Source: Phoronis australis (Eukaryota; Animalia; Phoronida). Taken from it: DNA of 64,000 bases. Where the stretch lies: assembly GCA_002633005.1 (NCBI GenBank), contig NMRA01000077.1:806001-870000 (forward strand), given 5' to 3'. The translations under genes were made by a program, and so were the position numbers. This document shows, in pieces, positions 25,101 through 37,100 of the stretch. Each line of letters starts with the position of its first letter. Position 1 is the stretch's first letter. The notes under the pieces were generated by a model. It ran no database searches and was not told the origin of the DNA. It saw only the letters and a program-made list of their open reading frames with translations.

Positions 25101-28100
25101 CACACCAATAGTCCGATCCATTCGAAAGTCGTCGTATTCTGCTTTCAACTTCATATAAATACACCAGTAAAATTCAATAAAGTTCCTGTAGAGCATTTAG
25201 GACATACAGCCATGGGCGGAAAAACAAAACAAAACTGACACTAGGAGGTGCCACAGTAGTCGAAGTTGTTGGAAAATCATCAGTCACCCTCTTCACAGTA
25301 ACAACATACATGCCAATTTTCAAAATCATCCCTAGAGCAGTTTGATTGCTAGAAGGTCGGACGCCAAAAACCAGACTTGAAAACAGTACGGCAATATGCG
25401 ACCACATGTAAATATATGGGCACATAAAAATTCATCTGACAGTATATTCCAATGAAAGTTTGAATATTTCTGAGATTAAACGAAATCAGTGCAACTATCA
25501 CCAGCACAAATTAGACGTTGAACCAAAAAGGATATATTTGAACCAGGACCACATATTCACTAGATGGCGCTCATTCTGGACATGTTCGATGCAGCTGTCA
25601 AAGTTCCCCTGAAAGCAGATTAAAAGATCAGTACAAATGTTATTACTAAGCCAAGTTCAAAGCATGTGACAATAGTGAAGAGTTATTTCCAGTACACAAA
25701 AGCCTCACAAATGTAGAGCTGTTGTTTTAGGATTATGTAGAACCTTATTGAAAAGTAGACTTTGACTTTTAACACATGAATGTGTTATTAATTGGGCTGT
25801 GCGACCATCTTTTTAGGAAAATTTAACAAAGGAGAGTGGCTAATTCATAGCGAAAAAACAGTATCAATAACATGATCACATTTCATTTAAAAAAGGTTTA
25901 AGCTGAAATTTCACAAACATTACTAGTTTTCTAAAATATCATTTTCTTTTCATTTTATGCAACTTTTTGACTTTTTTTTTCATAAAACCATGTCATACCT
26001 TTTTGACAGTTCCTCATGCAAAAGCGGAAAATTTTGAAAACTATTCCTAACAGCATTTTGGAGATTGACTGCTGTCTAAAATATGTCACACTGAATGACA
26101 AACCTGAATGCCATAGTTCTTCAGAGCTCTCTGTTGCATTTTACTAGCTATATCCTCTTGCATAGGATCAGCACCCTCTTGACCTTTGCACTGCAGTATA
26201 GACCGTCCACACGTCCACGTTAGGGTGAACTCAGATGACCAGTTCTGGTAAGAAACAAATAATGTTTAGGTCACTTGATCAGGTGAAGCTGCACATCCCA
26301 AGGTATACGTAGCAACTGCCTGATAATTTTGTTCAGGCTACTATAAACATGATACTAGCATTGCACTTGTGTTTTACAACTTCTTGACTTCAGAGCTATG
26401 TAATACCAAACAGTGATATTTTTCACATTTAAGGAATGAAAAAATCACACCAATCGACATATTTAAGTATGCACTTACAACACATATTCTCTCAAACACT
26501 TTGACATCTTTAACTAAACCAGAGGGGGTGATGGTCAGCATTCTGTTCTCGTCTTGAGGGTGCCACGCAAATGATGAGACCACATGATTACCCGAGGCTG
26601 TTAACAACAACGTTTATGACAGTTAAGAGACAGTGCTTTGAGAAAGATTGATTAACAGTAAGAGGTTTTTAATGGGCAACTTGACAGTCACTTGGCAGCC
26701 CTTTGTCCAATGAATGCCCATGCCCAGTTGTTTCCTTCTAACAATTTACTCAGATGTTATACAGAAGTAGCGTCCTTCAGTAACACAATCTAGTGAATAT
26801 CAAGTGTCAGATTTTGGTAAAAGGTCCAAGTGTAAGACAAACTCATTCGAAAGTTGAGAACGAAAAATGCAGCTTTGAAGACATTAACCCCCAGAGCAAA
26901 TGCAGGTTCGAAGACATTAACCCCCAGAGCAAATGCAGGTTTGAAGACATTAACCCTCAGAGCAATTGATTCAAGGTATTTCACCTATGGCACTGCTGTC
27001 ATTTTTCAAATCCATTGTACAACTGTTGACAGATTGTTAACATGCAGTGACATCACAGAGAAATTGAGGATGTGCAACCTGATTGATAATATTGTGTTTT
27101 AGGTATCTTAAGAATCTTTCATAAAAATTAATACTAATCTTTGTATTGATGCATTTTGGGACACACTTTCATTATCTTACTTTGAGTGTTGGCAGCTTAG
27201 TTGCATCAAAAGCATGTTGCAGTCAAGCCATGCTTTGGTGGTGCACTCAAGTGACAAGTTGCTGCATTTCAACATGTTTACACAACACCAAGTTATATGT
27301 GACGTAATTGTCAGTTTACGTACCGACAATCCTCCCAAAATGCATTTGAAAAATGCCAGCAGCAACGTGGATGAAATGCCCCCAATGAAAACACACCATG
27401 AAGCATGCTGGCACAGCTTCAATAAAAAGACTGCAAATGACAACGTACACTGGACTGTCCTGGTAATGACAGTTGGTTCGATTTCATCGGAACCCATGTT
27501 AGTGTGTTGGACATCAAATAGTTGAACAACACCACTGTCTCTTGACAGAGTTCCCAGCAGGCCACTACGGGTAGGGCACCAACTGAGGAGGGCAAGGGGG
27601 CGAGGCTGATGGACTGTCATCAGGGGCTTCTCAAAGTTACGCACATCCCAGATAGAAACCTGATTCTGTAAAGACAGGAAAGAAACTTTTTTCTTTTTTA
27701 AACAACAAATCTCAAGGAAATGTAAAAGAGCCAGAAGTGCAGACAAGAAAAATACAGGGTGTTTCAAAACCATATCATGTAGAAATTGAAGCTATATTTC
27801 TGCATCAGGTCCATACATTCAAACACCTGGTACAGCAACAGAACATTAAGTAGTACAAATGCTAACACCAATCAGACACATCTCAGTACTTGAATAACTG
27901 ACACAGCACAGTTCTGTAAATACTGAGTTATGAATGTTTAGCACCAAACCACCGTGGTCTTTCAGGTATCAAGCACATATTCTGAGAAGAGATTGGCCAA
28001 CAATAGGGCCGTCCTGGACTGGCCAATAATAGGGCCGTCCTGTATTAGATGGCAACAGAACTATCCTTTGTCGCGGAGATTGGAAAGCGTGACCTCGTTT

Positions 28101-31100
28101 TGGAAATCAGGCACATTTTGCTTCTCTCATTGATGTCAGGGAGGCAAAGAATCTCAGATCATGCATCTATGGGTATTTGTCTAATTTATCAAACTTTATC
28201 CTATCGGAGTTGCAGACCACAGCACAGCAATAATACTTTGTTGGCATTTTAAGGATGAATAGAGTAATGCAACTGACAAGAACATGTAACGAATCAGACA
28301 ACAACAAACAACATGTGAAACTCCAGGGGCACAAAAACGAGGCAGCAAATGTGCCTGGTGGATGTTTACGGCATTGTACGTAAATACAGTGAGATTTGAG
28401 TGTAGCTGTGTAATCTGAGATGGCCCTATTGTGAGACGATGCCATATTTGAAGACATAGCCAAACTCACCATCCATACTTTGCCCTTATGATAAGTTTTT
28501 GGCCAAAGTAGTAAGAAGAGGAAAGAAAACAAAAACAACACTGAAGTGCAGCATAAAAACTGCTCTGTTAGTGTCATTTAGTGATGTCGCAAATGATGAC
28601 GTCACTATGACGTTGTCGTAATGGAAGTTTCAATGCATTAGTTGTTTTCTATTACCTCTTGTCTTGGGTTCACAACACAACAAAAACGACGCTTGGAAAA
28701 TAATCCAATATTATCCTCAGGTATGACAGTGGAAGTGAACACTCTGTTGATATTTTGTATTCTGTCTAATATTGTACCTGAAGATATTTGATTAATATCA
28801 AAACATTTTTGTTTTCATACTGCACTCTGACCTCGTTTTCGTTTCCTACTTCTTACTTAAGCTCATACTTACTTCAACAAATGATGCCAGCCTGTGTTCA
28901 CACTGAGGATCAATGCACACACCATTAACTGCCTTGGTAATTGCCACATTCTGCGGACGGCTGGTATCTGAATAGAAAATTACCCTTTGCCATAATTTGA
29001 CAACATAACATTTTTCAGAGCGACAGCACTTTGTCACTACATGTTTCATACAGGTTTTTGAAATAATACCATAATCAAATACATCTTCTTTTCGAAAGAC
29101 AAGAGCCGTTTTACTGTCAAGCAACATATGTTTCAATGTTAAACAAGTAAAACACATGATGAATTCTCATTAAAGGCTATTTTTCTGCTTCAAAACAAAT
29201 TGATCATTAACTGTCAAGTAAAATAATGCATTTTGACTGCCAAGAACTTGTTGTTGTGGTCAACATTAACCACTCAATCCAATATGAAATCACGACCTAC
29301 TTAATGTTAAAGCACTCAAAGTCTCTCAGCAAAACATGAATCTCAAAGCAACATTTCAATTAAATTGTCTTTATTTTGGAAGGGAAAATTTGGACACACC
29401 AAATTACAGTGCCACAGAACACAATCTGGTACATTACATTTTGCAAGATCATGTTTTATGGTAACAACGAAGCTCAATCCAGTAAATCTAACCAAAGCTC
29501 AGGGAAGTAAAATCTAGGTATTACACTTTTAAGACTCACCCAGTCACGTAATTGTAAGACTGACAGTAACTCACCTCTGATATCAAATATTTTGATGTGT
29601 TTATTGTTCATTCCTGACACAAGTGTCTTAGGGGTGTTGGTAAACCAGGCAAGAGACACCGATGTCTCGCCATTGGACCCTGCAAAGCAATGCAGAATAT
29701 ACTTACATATACTTACATATACTTACCTCTTATTTTCTTATAACATTTAACCACTTCTTATTTGATTTACTTTGTGTAGCAATTATATCAGTTACTAAAC
29801 CCTATATTTACAAACTATTATATCAGTTACTAAGCCCTAAATTTACAAACTATTATATCAGTTACTAAACCCTATATTCACAAACAATTATATCAGTTAC
29901 TAAACCCTAAATTCACAAACTATTATATCAGTTACTAAGCCCTATATTTACAAACAATTATATCAGTTACTAAACCCTAAATTCACAAACTATTATATCA
30001 GTTACTAAGCCCTATATTTACAAACAATTATATCAGTTACTAAACCCTAAATTCACAAACTATTATATCAGTTACTAAACCCTAAATTCACAAACTATTA
30101 TATCAGTTACTAAACCCTATATTTACAAACAATTATATCAGTTACTAAACCCTATATTTACAAACAATTATATCAGTTACTAAGAACTATATTTACAAAC
30201 AATTATATCAGTTACTAAGCCCTATATTTACAAACAATTATATCAGTTACTAAGCCCTATATTTACAAACAATAACCGCTTTACTGTCAGGGAGTGAGCA
30301 AAACATGCTAGACACTAGCAGCCATATTCCATATTTGCACACTACAACTATGGCATGAAATATCAATCCAACTTTTGGCATGCTTATAAAGAGAATTTAA
30401 AGTTACATTCCGCCCACGTTAAGGTCACTACCTACCTTCGTTACCAGAGGGCCCTGTCTCTTTGAATATCTTTTGACATATTGATTGTCAGTATGTAAAA
30501 ACATATATTTTTTGAATCCTTGATAATAAGGGAAGTTGAAAATGCGAACGAAAGTGATGCTCACATGACGTTTTTTTGAAAAAATCAGGCTTTCCATGGA
30601 GACCGTGGTAACTTCCACAGGTCTCATTTTTCCCAGGAGGGAAGTAAATTCTGTTTGTTTGGTCCATTGGCTACAAAACAGTGTCTAGGCTTTTTTATGG
30701 CCTTTGAGCCCGATATCTTAACTGTCAAAAATCAAGACCTCAACTTTCCGTGGAAAGTTTGCAGGTCTTGATTTTTGACAGTCGAGTTCTCCGAATCAAA
30801 GGCATTAAAAAAATCCCAGACATTTTGTAGCTAATAGACCAAATAAACAGAATCTGCAAAATGAATGATAAAATTTTATTGTCTGTATAAGTTACCATGG
30901 TCTCCATGTTGCACTTCAGGGAAAAACCAAAAGGTCAGAAATGACCGAAAAGTGTAGAGAGACAATCTAAGGGTTTCAATCGCAATTTCTACTAAAGTAC
31001 CTCACTGCATGAAACAACTATTATACCTACCTATGCTAAATTTGTGTTTTAAACCAAGTTATGATTATGAAAAAAGTAAACAATATGTGAATATTTTTTG

Positions 31101-34100
31101 TTTATTGTGCTTTTGATGACTTTGTTATCAGTATATGGTAAGCTGTTTTGAAGTTTTTCCACAAGCTTCCTGTAAATGACGTGCTTGGACCATTCTTTAT
31201 TTGAAATTTCTACATCAGTTTATCACAAGCCTACTGATAAAGGTTTCTGTCTTCACACCAAAAACATGTGCCCTGAGTGGTATAAGGTCGCCATTGTGGT
31301 CAACTTCCTAAAGAGGGCCTATTTGGTGTCATCTAATTGGCTATTGTTCAATTGAGAGATAGATCGTACAAGACCAACCCCGGGGAATAATGGCTACACC
31401 ACTGGTTTGTAAACTTTCATATTTGTTGATTCATGTCCAAAATGAATTGTGAATCCACAGCACGTCGAACCACTATGACCAAAAAGATATTTTACAAAGA
31501 TGTTATGTCCAATACTCACCCCCAGGACAAACACGCCATTAAGAAAATTATTAGGGATAATGTTAAACTTTGTAAGCCCGATGATTATCTCGATGTCATT
31601 ACTTATTATCCGAATACGAAGTCCTCCAACTTCGTCATCAAAAATAACATTTCTAAAGCGAAAGTCCGCCCTATTGCCCAGTGCAGTGTTGTTTATATGA
31701 GTTTGTATTCATTCAAATGTCAAGCAATGTTAGATTGGTCAAACGGTTTGCTGACTTTTCCTTTGGTTATCTATGCATCTTCAAAATAGCGCCATCCAAA
31801 AACATTTTCTGCAATGTCAAAAACGCAGAATCACCCGTCAAGAAATTGTGGACAACACGTCAATTCGGTACGCAGAGCACGATGTGGTGCGATTGAAAGT
31901 ATTGGGAGTCGTTTTGATTGAATGAGCAGCAAACAGAGTAATACCACAAGCTACACTTGTTTCGGTGACTTTCCTGTTACCTCCCTTCGTAATTCTTTGC
32001 AGTATTTCACACATGCCATGTCGCACTTTGTATTTTTCCAACTTTTTCTATGTGGTGGTATTGTTGCGTCATTTTATTTCCATTTGAAAATGAAAATGGC
32101 ATGTTTCGAAATATCGTGTGTCTTAATCATGTCTATTGGTCAGTTGCGCTGTTCTGTTGAGAGTCAAACTTTGTTTCNTATATTTACAAACAATAACCGC
32201 TTTACTGTCAGGGAGTGAGCAAAACATGCTAGACACTAGCAGCCATATTCCATAGTTGCACACTACTATGGCATGAAATATCAATCCAACTTTTGGCATG
32301 CCTATAAAGACAATTTAAAGTTACATTCCGCCCATGTTAAGGCCACTACCTACCTTCGTTACCAGAGGGCCCTGTCTCTTTGAATATCTTTTGACATATT
32401 GATTGTCAGTGTGTAAAAACATATATTTTTTGAATCCTTGATAATAAGGGAAGTTGAAAATGCGAACGAAAGTGATGCTCACATGACGTTTTTTTGTAAA
32501 AAATCAGGCTTTCCATGGAGACCGTGGTAACTTCCACAGGTCTCATTATTTCCCAGCAGGGTAGTAAATTCTGTTTGTTTGGTCCATTGGCTACAAAACA
32601 GTGTCTAGGCTTTTTTATGGCCTTTGATAAAGGTTTCTGTCTTCACACCAAAAACATGTGCCCTGAGTGGTATAAGGTCGCCATTGTGGTCAACTTCCTA
32701 AAGAGGGCCTATTTGGTGTCATCTAATTGGCTATTGTTCAATTGAGAGATAGATCGTACAAGACCAGCCCCGGGGAATAATGACTACACCACTGGTTTGT
32801 AAACTTTCATATTTGTTGATTCATGTCCAAAATGAATTGTGAATCCACAGCACGTCAGGCCACTATGACCAAAAAGATATTTTACAAAGATGTTATGTCC
32901 AATACTCACCCCCAGGACAAACACGCCATTAAGAAAATTATTAGGGATAATGTTAAACTTTGTAAGCCCCATGATTATCTCGATGTCATTACTTATTATC
33001 CGAATACGAAGTCCTCCAACTTCGTCATCAAAAATAACATTTCTAAAGCGAAAGTCCGCCCTATTGCCCAGTGCAGTGTTGTTTATATGAGTTTGTATGC
33101 CCTACAAACGAATATCTTCATTCAAATGTCAAGCAATGTTAGATTGGTCAAACGGTTTGCTGACTTTCCCTTTGGTTATCTATGCATCTTCAAAATAGCG
33201 CCATCCAAAAACATTTTCTGCAATGTCAAAAACGTAAAATCACCCGTCAAGAAATTGTGGACAGCACGTCAATTCGGTACGCAGAGCACGATGTGGTGCG
33301 ATTGAAAGTATTGGGAGTCGTTTTGATTGAATGAGCAGCAAACAGAGTAATGCCGCAAGCTACACTTGTTTCGGTGACTTTCCTGTTACCTCCCTTCGTA
33401 ATTCTTTGCAGTATTTCACACATGCCATGTCGCACTTTGTATTTTTCCAACTTTTTCTATGTGGTGGTATTGTTGCGTCATTATATTTCCATTTGAAAAT
33501 GAAAATGGTATGTTTCGAAATATCGTGTGTCTTAATCATGTCTATTGGTCAGTTGCGCTGTTCTGTTGAGAGTCAAACTTTGTTTCGAGGATACGAACAG
33601 AATAGAATAAAGATTATCAACGACACGTGCCGTGTATTGAACCAATTTCAATAATATATGTGAAAATACCATTTAGTTTCAAACATTCCAACGAAGGTAA
33701 GCTGTGACGTTAAGCTGTCAATGTTAAATTCTTGACTAAAGCATTCTGGGGTTTCAAATATTCGGGCTCATCTCATCTTGAATTATTGCCAAATGAACCA
33801 ACAACTCAAATCCCAGGCAATGCCTGCATGCACCATTTTCAAACCCGCAATTTCAGAATTTGCCACCAACTATAACATCTGAAGTGTTTTCTTGAATTGT
33901 TGATTGTCGAAATAAAATTCTAGCATGGTAAGGAATATGATGAGGCCAATTTTATTAGAGTTAAAGGCGCTAAACAGGGTGAATGTAGATTTAAGTAGTA
34001 GAGACTCTACCAGTTAAGCTTCAAAGCAAATGATGGCCAAAGTTCCAATTTGAGAACCCTGAATGTGAGATGGATCGAGAAGCAAGAAACGCCAGGAAAA

Positions 34101-37100
34101 AAATGCACAGAAACTGCAAAACAATCAGGTGTGCAATCAGTCGTGATTTAGTTTCTTCGGAAAAAATTGCTTCACGAAAACAATCCCCACTTACTTAAAG
34201 ACATGTACCATGGTGACAGTCATACATACCATGACAACAGTCACATGTATCATGGTAACAGTCATAGATGAGCAAACGCATTAACGATTGAAGTCAATAT
34301 TTCCTTTGCGAAGTTTTGGATGAAACAAACTTATTGAAAAACAGAGACATAACATCTTACCAAGTTCCAGTAATGGCTTTGTGACCGTGTAGGAATCAGT
34401 AGTCTTCTCCATAATATCAGAATTGTGAGATGACATCACATCCCAGACAAGAATTGAACAGTCTGTGCGATACTTGTCTAACCCCTCAGCCAGCTACAAT
34501 GTAAAAATGATATCCTGTGAGAAAAAATAAAATAAACAGATTGAGTGAGCTGTTTATACCAGGAATTATTCTAATTTTTCTTATATTTTCTTGTATCAAC
34601 CACATAAGGAAGACTTTATCTTTTTACCCATTTCTACCAGTATATCATGAAGTGAACTGAGAATTCAGACAACAGATAAGTAACAGGAGATGGCTGGTCA
34701 ACACTACAATAACCAAATTCCATTAGTGAACTTCCGTCTTCAGGTTCATGTGGTTATGAAAATTTTCTTTACTTTTTAAACATGTATTCACATATCACTC
34801 ACCAGATGGCTCTCAGTGATATTCCATTCCAGGTAGTTACATTGACGTGCATGTCTGGGTACTGCAAACATTTAAGGATGAAGTATGATGCTTTAATAAC
34901 ACGTGTAAGTGCTGACGCACTCCGTTAGTGGTTTGACTTTATTCGCCATCTGTTGGTAGTTTTTATGTTAGTGATGAAGCTTCTACCGCGTTCATTTTCC
35001 ACGTGACTATATTCTTCAATATTATTTGCACATGTGACACTGTTTGGCAGATCATGGTTTGTAGCAGTAACACGCCACTTTGGCTCATTCGTATTTCAAC
35101 GCATTTACCGATAAGTTTACTCTTCTAGTTTCGTCATGATTTATCCTGCAAATTGGTGTAAGTATATTGTACTTAGTTTTGTTATAACTTAAGAACTTCA
35201 ATGTAATTGTAATGTGTATTCTGTACCTTTAATTATCGTTGCCTCAAGTAGTTTGACATTTGTTTGAATGCAATGTTTAACATTAGTATCATAATTTTGT
35301 AAACGACCAACGCATTGTTCAATCGTCTCATAGAATGTTTTTTGTACGTCACAGCTGAACCGAGCAACTACAAGTTTACGAACAAATAAAGTTGTTCAAT
35401 GCAACTCATGCTCGCGTTCATCCATGTAGGCCTAACGATTTTCGCAACCACAATGTGAACACAAGAGAACAAACAGATAAAGTCTTATCAGCAAAATGCA
35501 TGAAATGTCAAGTTGATGGATTTTGTTTTGTTACAAAATCAAATTATGGGCATGCATTTTCTTACCAAACTCTTTGCCAACTAAAGACGTAGTGTCACTT
35601 GCTCCTGTCCGACCAAAGCTGTAAATGAACATGAAAATAATATCATGCAAGTACTTATTTCATTTCATTGCAATATTATCAAAATTGAAAACTTACTAGC
35701 ACTATAACGGATTACACAACTTGATATTGGTTACAAAATTTATGGATTTTTTAATGCACGGCAGTGTAGCTAAGACACAAACAATATTATTAAACTCAAG
35801 TTTTAAAAGAAGGGTTCCAAGGAATGAACTTCAAAAGACTCGACTCAACTACACAAGACATTCAATTCTCAGTGCAAAGAGCAATAGCTGGAGTGAGTTA
35901 CAGTGTAAAGTAACAAAACTGAACACAGGTAAGACTTAAAAGCATAGATCATTCTGGTCTCTGTCAAGACTCATGAACACAGATAAGACTTAAAAGGCCT
36001 TGTTCATTCTGGTCTCTGTCAAGACTCATGAACACAGATAAGACTTAAAAAGCCTTGTTCATTTTGGTCTCTGTCAAGACTCATGAACACAGATAAGACT
36101 TAAAAAGCATAGTTCATTCTGGTCTCTGTCCTGACTCATGAACACAGGTAAGACTTAAAAAGCATAGTTCATTCTGGTCTCTGTCAAGACTCATGAACAC
36201 AGGTAAGACTTAAAAGCATAGATCATTCTGGTCTCTGTCAAGACTCATGAACACAGATAAGACTTAAAAAGCATAGATCATTCTGGTCTCTGTCCCGACT
36301 CATTTTGGGACCTGTGCACACATACTTAAAACAAGGAAATGCACGTCTGCACCAATTTCAGCCAAGGTATCTAGCTTTTTGTGAAAAGCTTCACCAAGGC
36401 AGGCAAACAAGGACAAGCAAGTCTTGAAACTTGATGGTTTGCCAAGAGATAAATATACAAACAAAATCCAAATTATATTTGCTACACTCATGTGGATGTT
36501 GTTTTTTGAAAAAGTAAGCAACTATCAAAGACCAGAACATATATCAAGTCAATCATATAAATGAGGGAATTTCCAGTGGTAAAAATACACAATGAATACC
36601 CTCATACACAAGTCCAGTGAAAGCTTCTGTCAAAATAGTTCAAAGCAATAACAGTATTTTACCCCATCTGCTTTTATGTCAGCTTAACAAACTTCATTCA
36701 GATATTTATAACTTCGCTGAAAACACGACTAAAATTTTTGTTTAGAGCTTGATACTGATTCACTCGCAGTGTCGAAACAATCTCCTTTCTTCAGGTTTGC
36801 AGCTATACTAATATTTATAAGTGCTAAAGTCAATGAACACACCACTTCTTTTAAAGCTTGTGTATGTGACGTGGCTTGTTTTCAAATGGATCCAACGTAC
36901 CTGGTGAGAACTACTTTACCATTGGCCTGACCAACAGCCAATAGGTGATCAGCTTTAGAACTGGGGCACCAGGCAATACACTGAAAGTAAAATGCGTTAA
37001 TGTTATCGGCAGGACGAAAGATGAATGACCAATAACCACATCCTGAAATCAACACAGTGTAGGATTTACCTAGTTCCTGAAATGTCATCATGCCAACACA

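Larger units (their letters stand above)
30260..33587. repeat. Near-identical tandem duplication (30260-32177 and 32179-33587) joined by a single N
   Basis: Copies differ by SNPs and a ~530-bp indel; N at 32178. Confidence 0.9.

Noticed and set aside
31433-33305. Duplicated 118-aa and 160-aa ORFs as a host gene pair
   Set aside because: Decayed Penelope-like sequence within a likely haplotype duplication
36765-36770. GC donor (ACT|GCGAGT) for the 44-nt MIOS exon
   Set aside because: Wrong phase for the microexon; the GT donor at 36763 restores IGKEF
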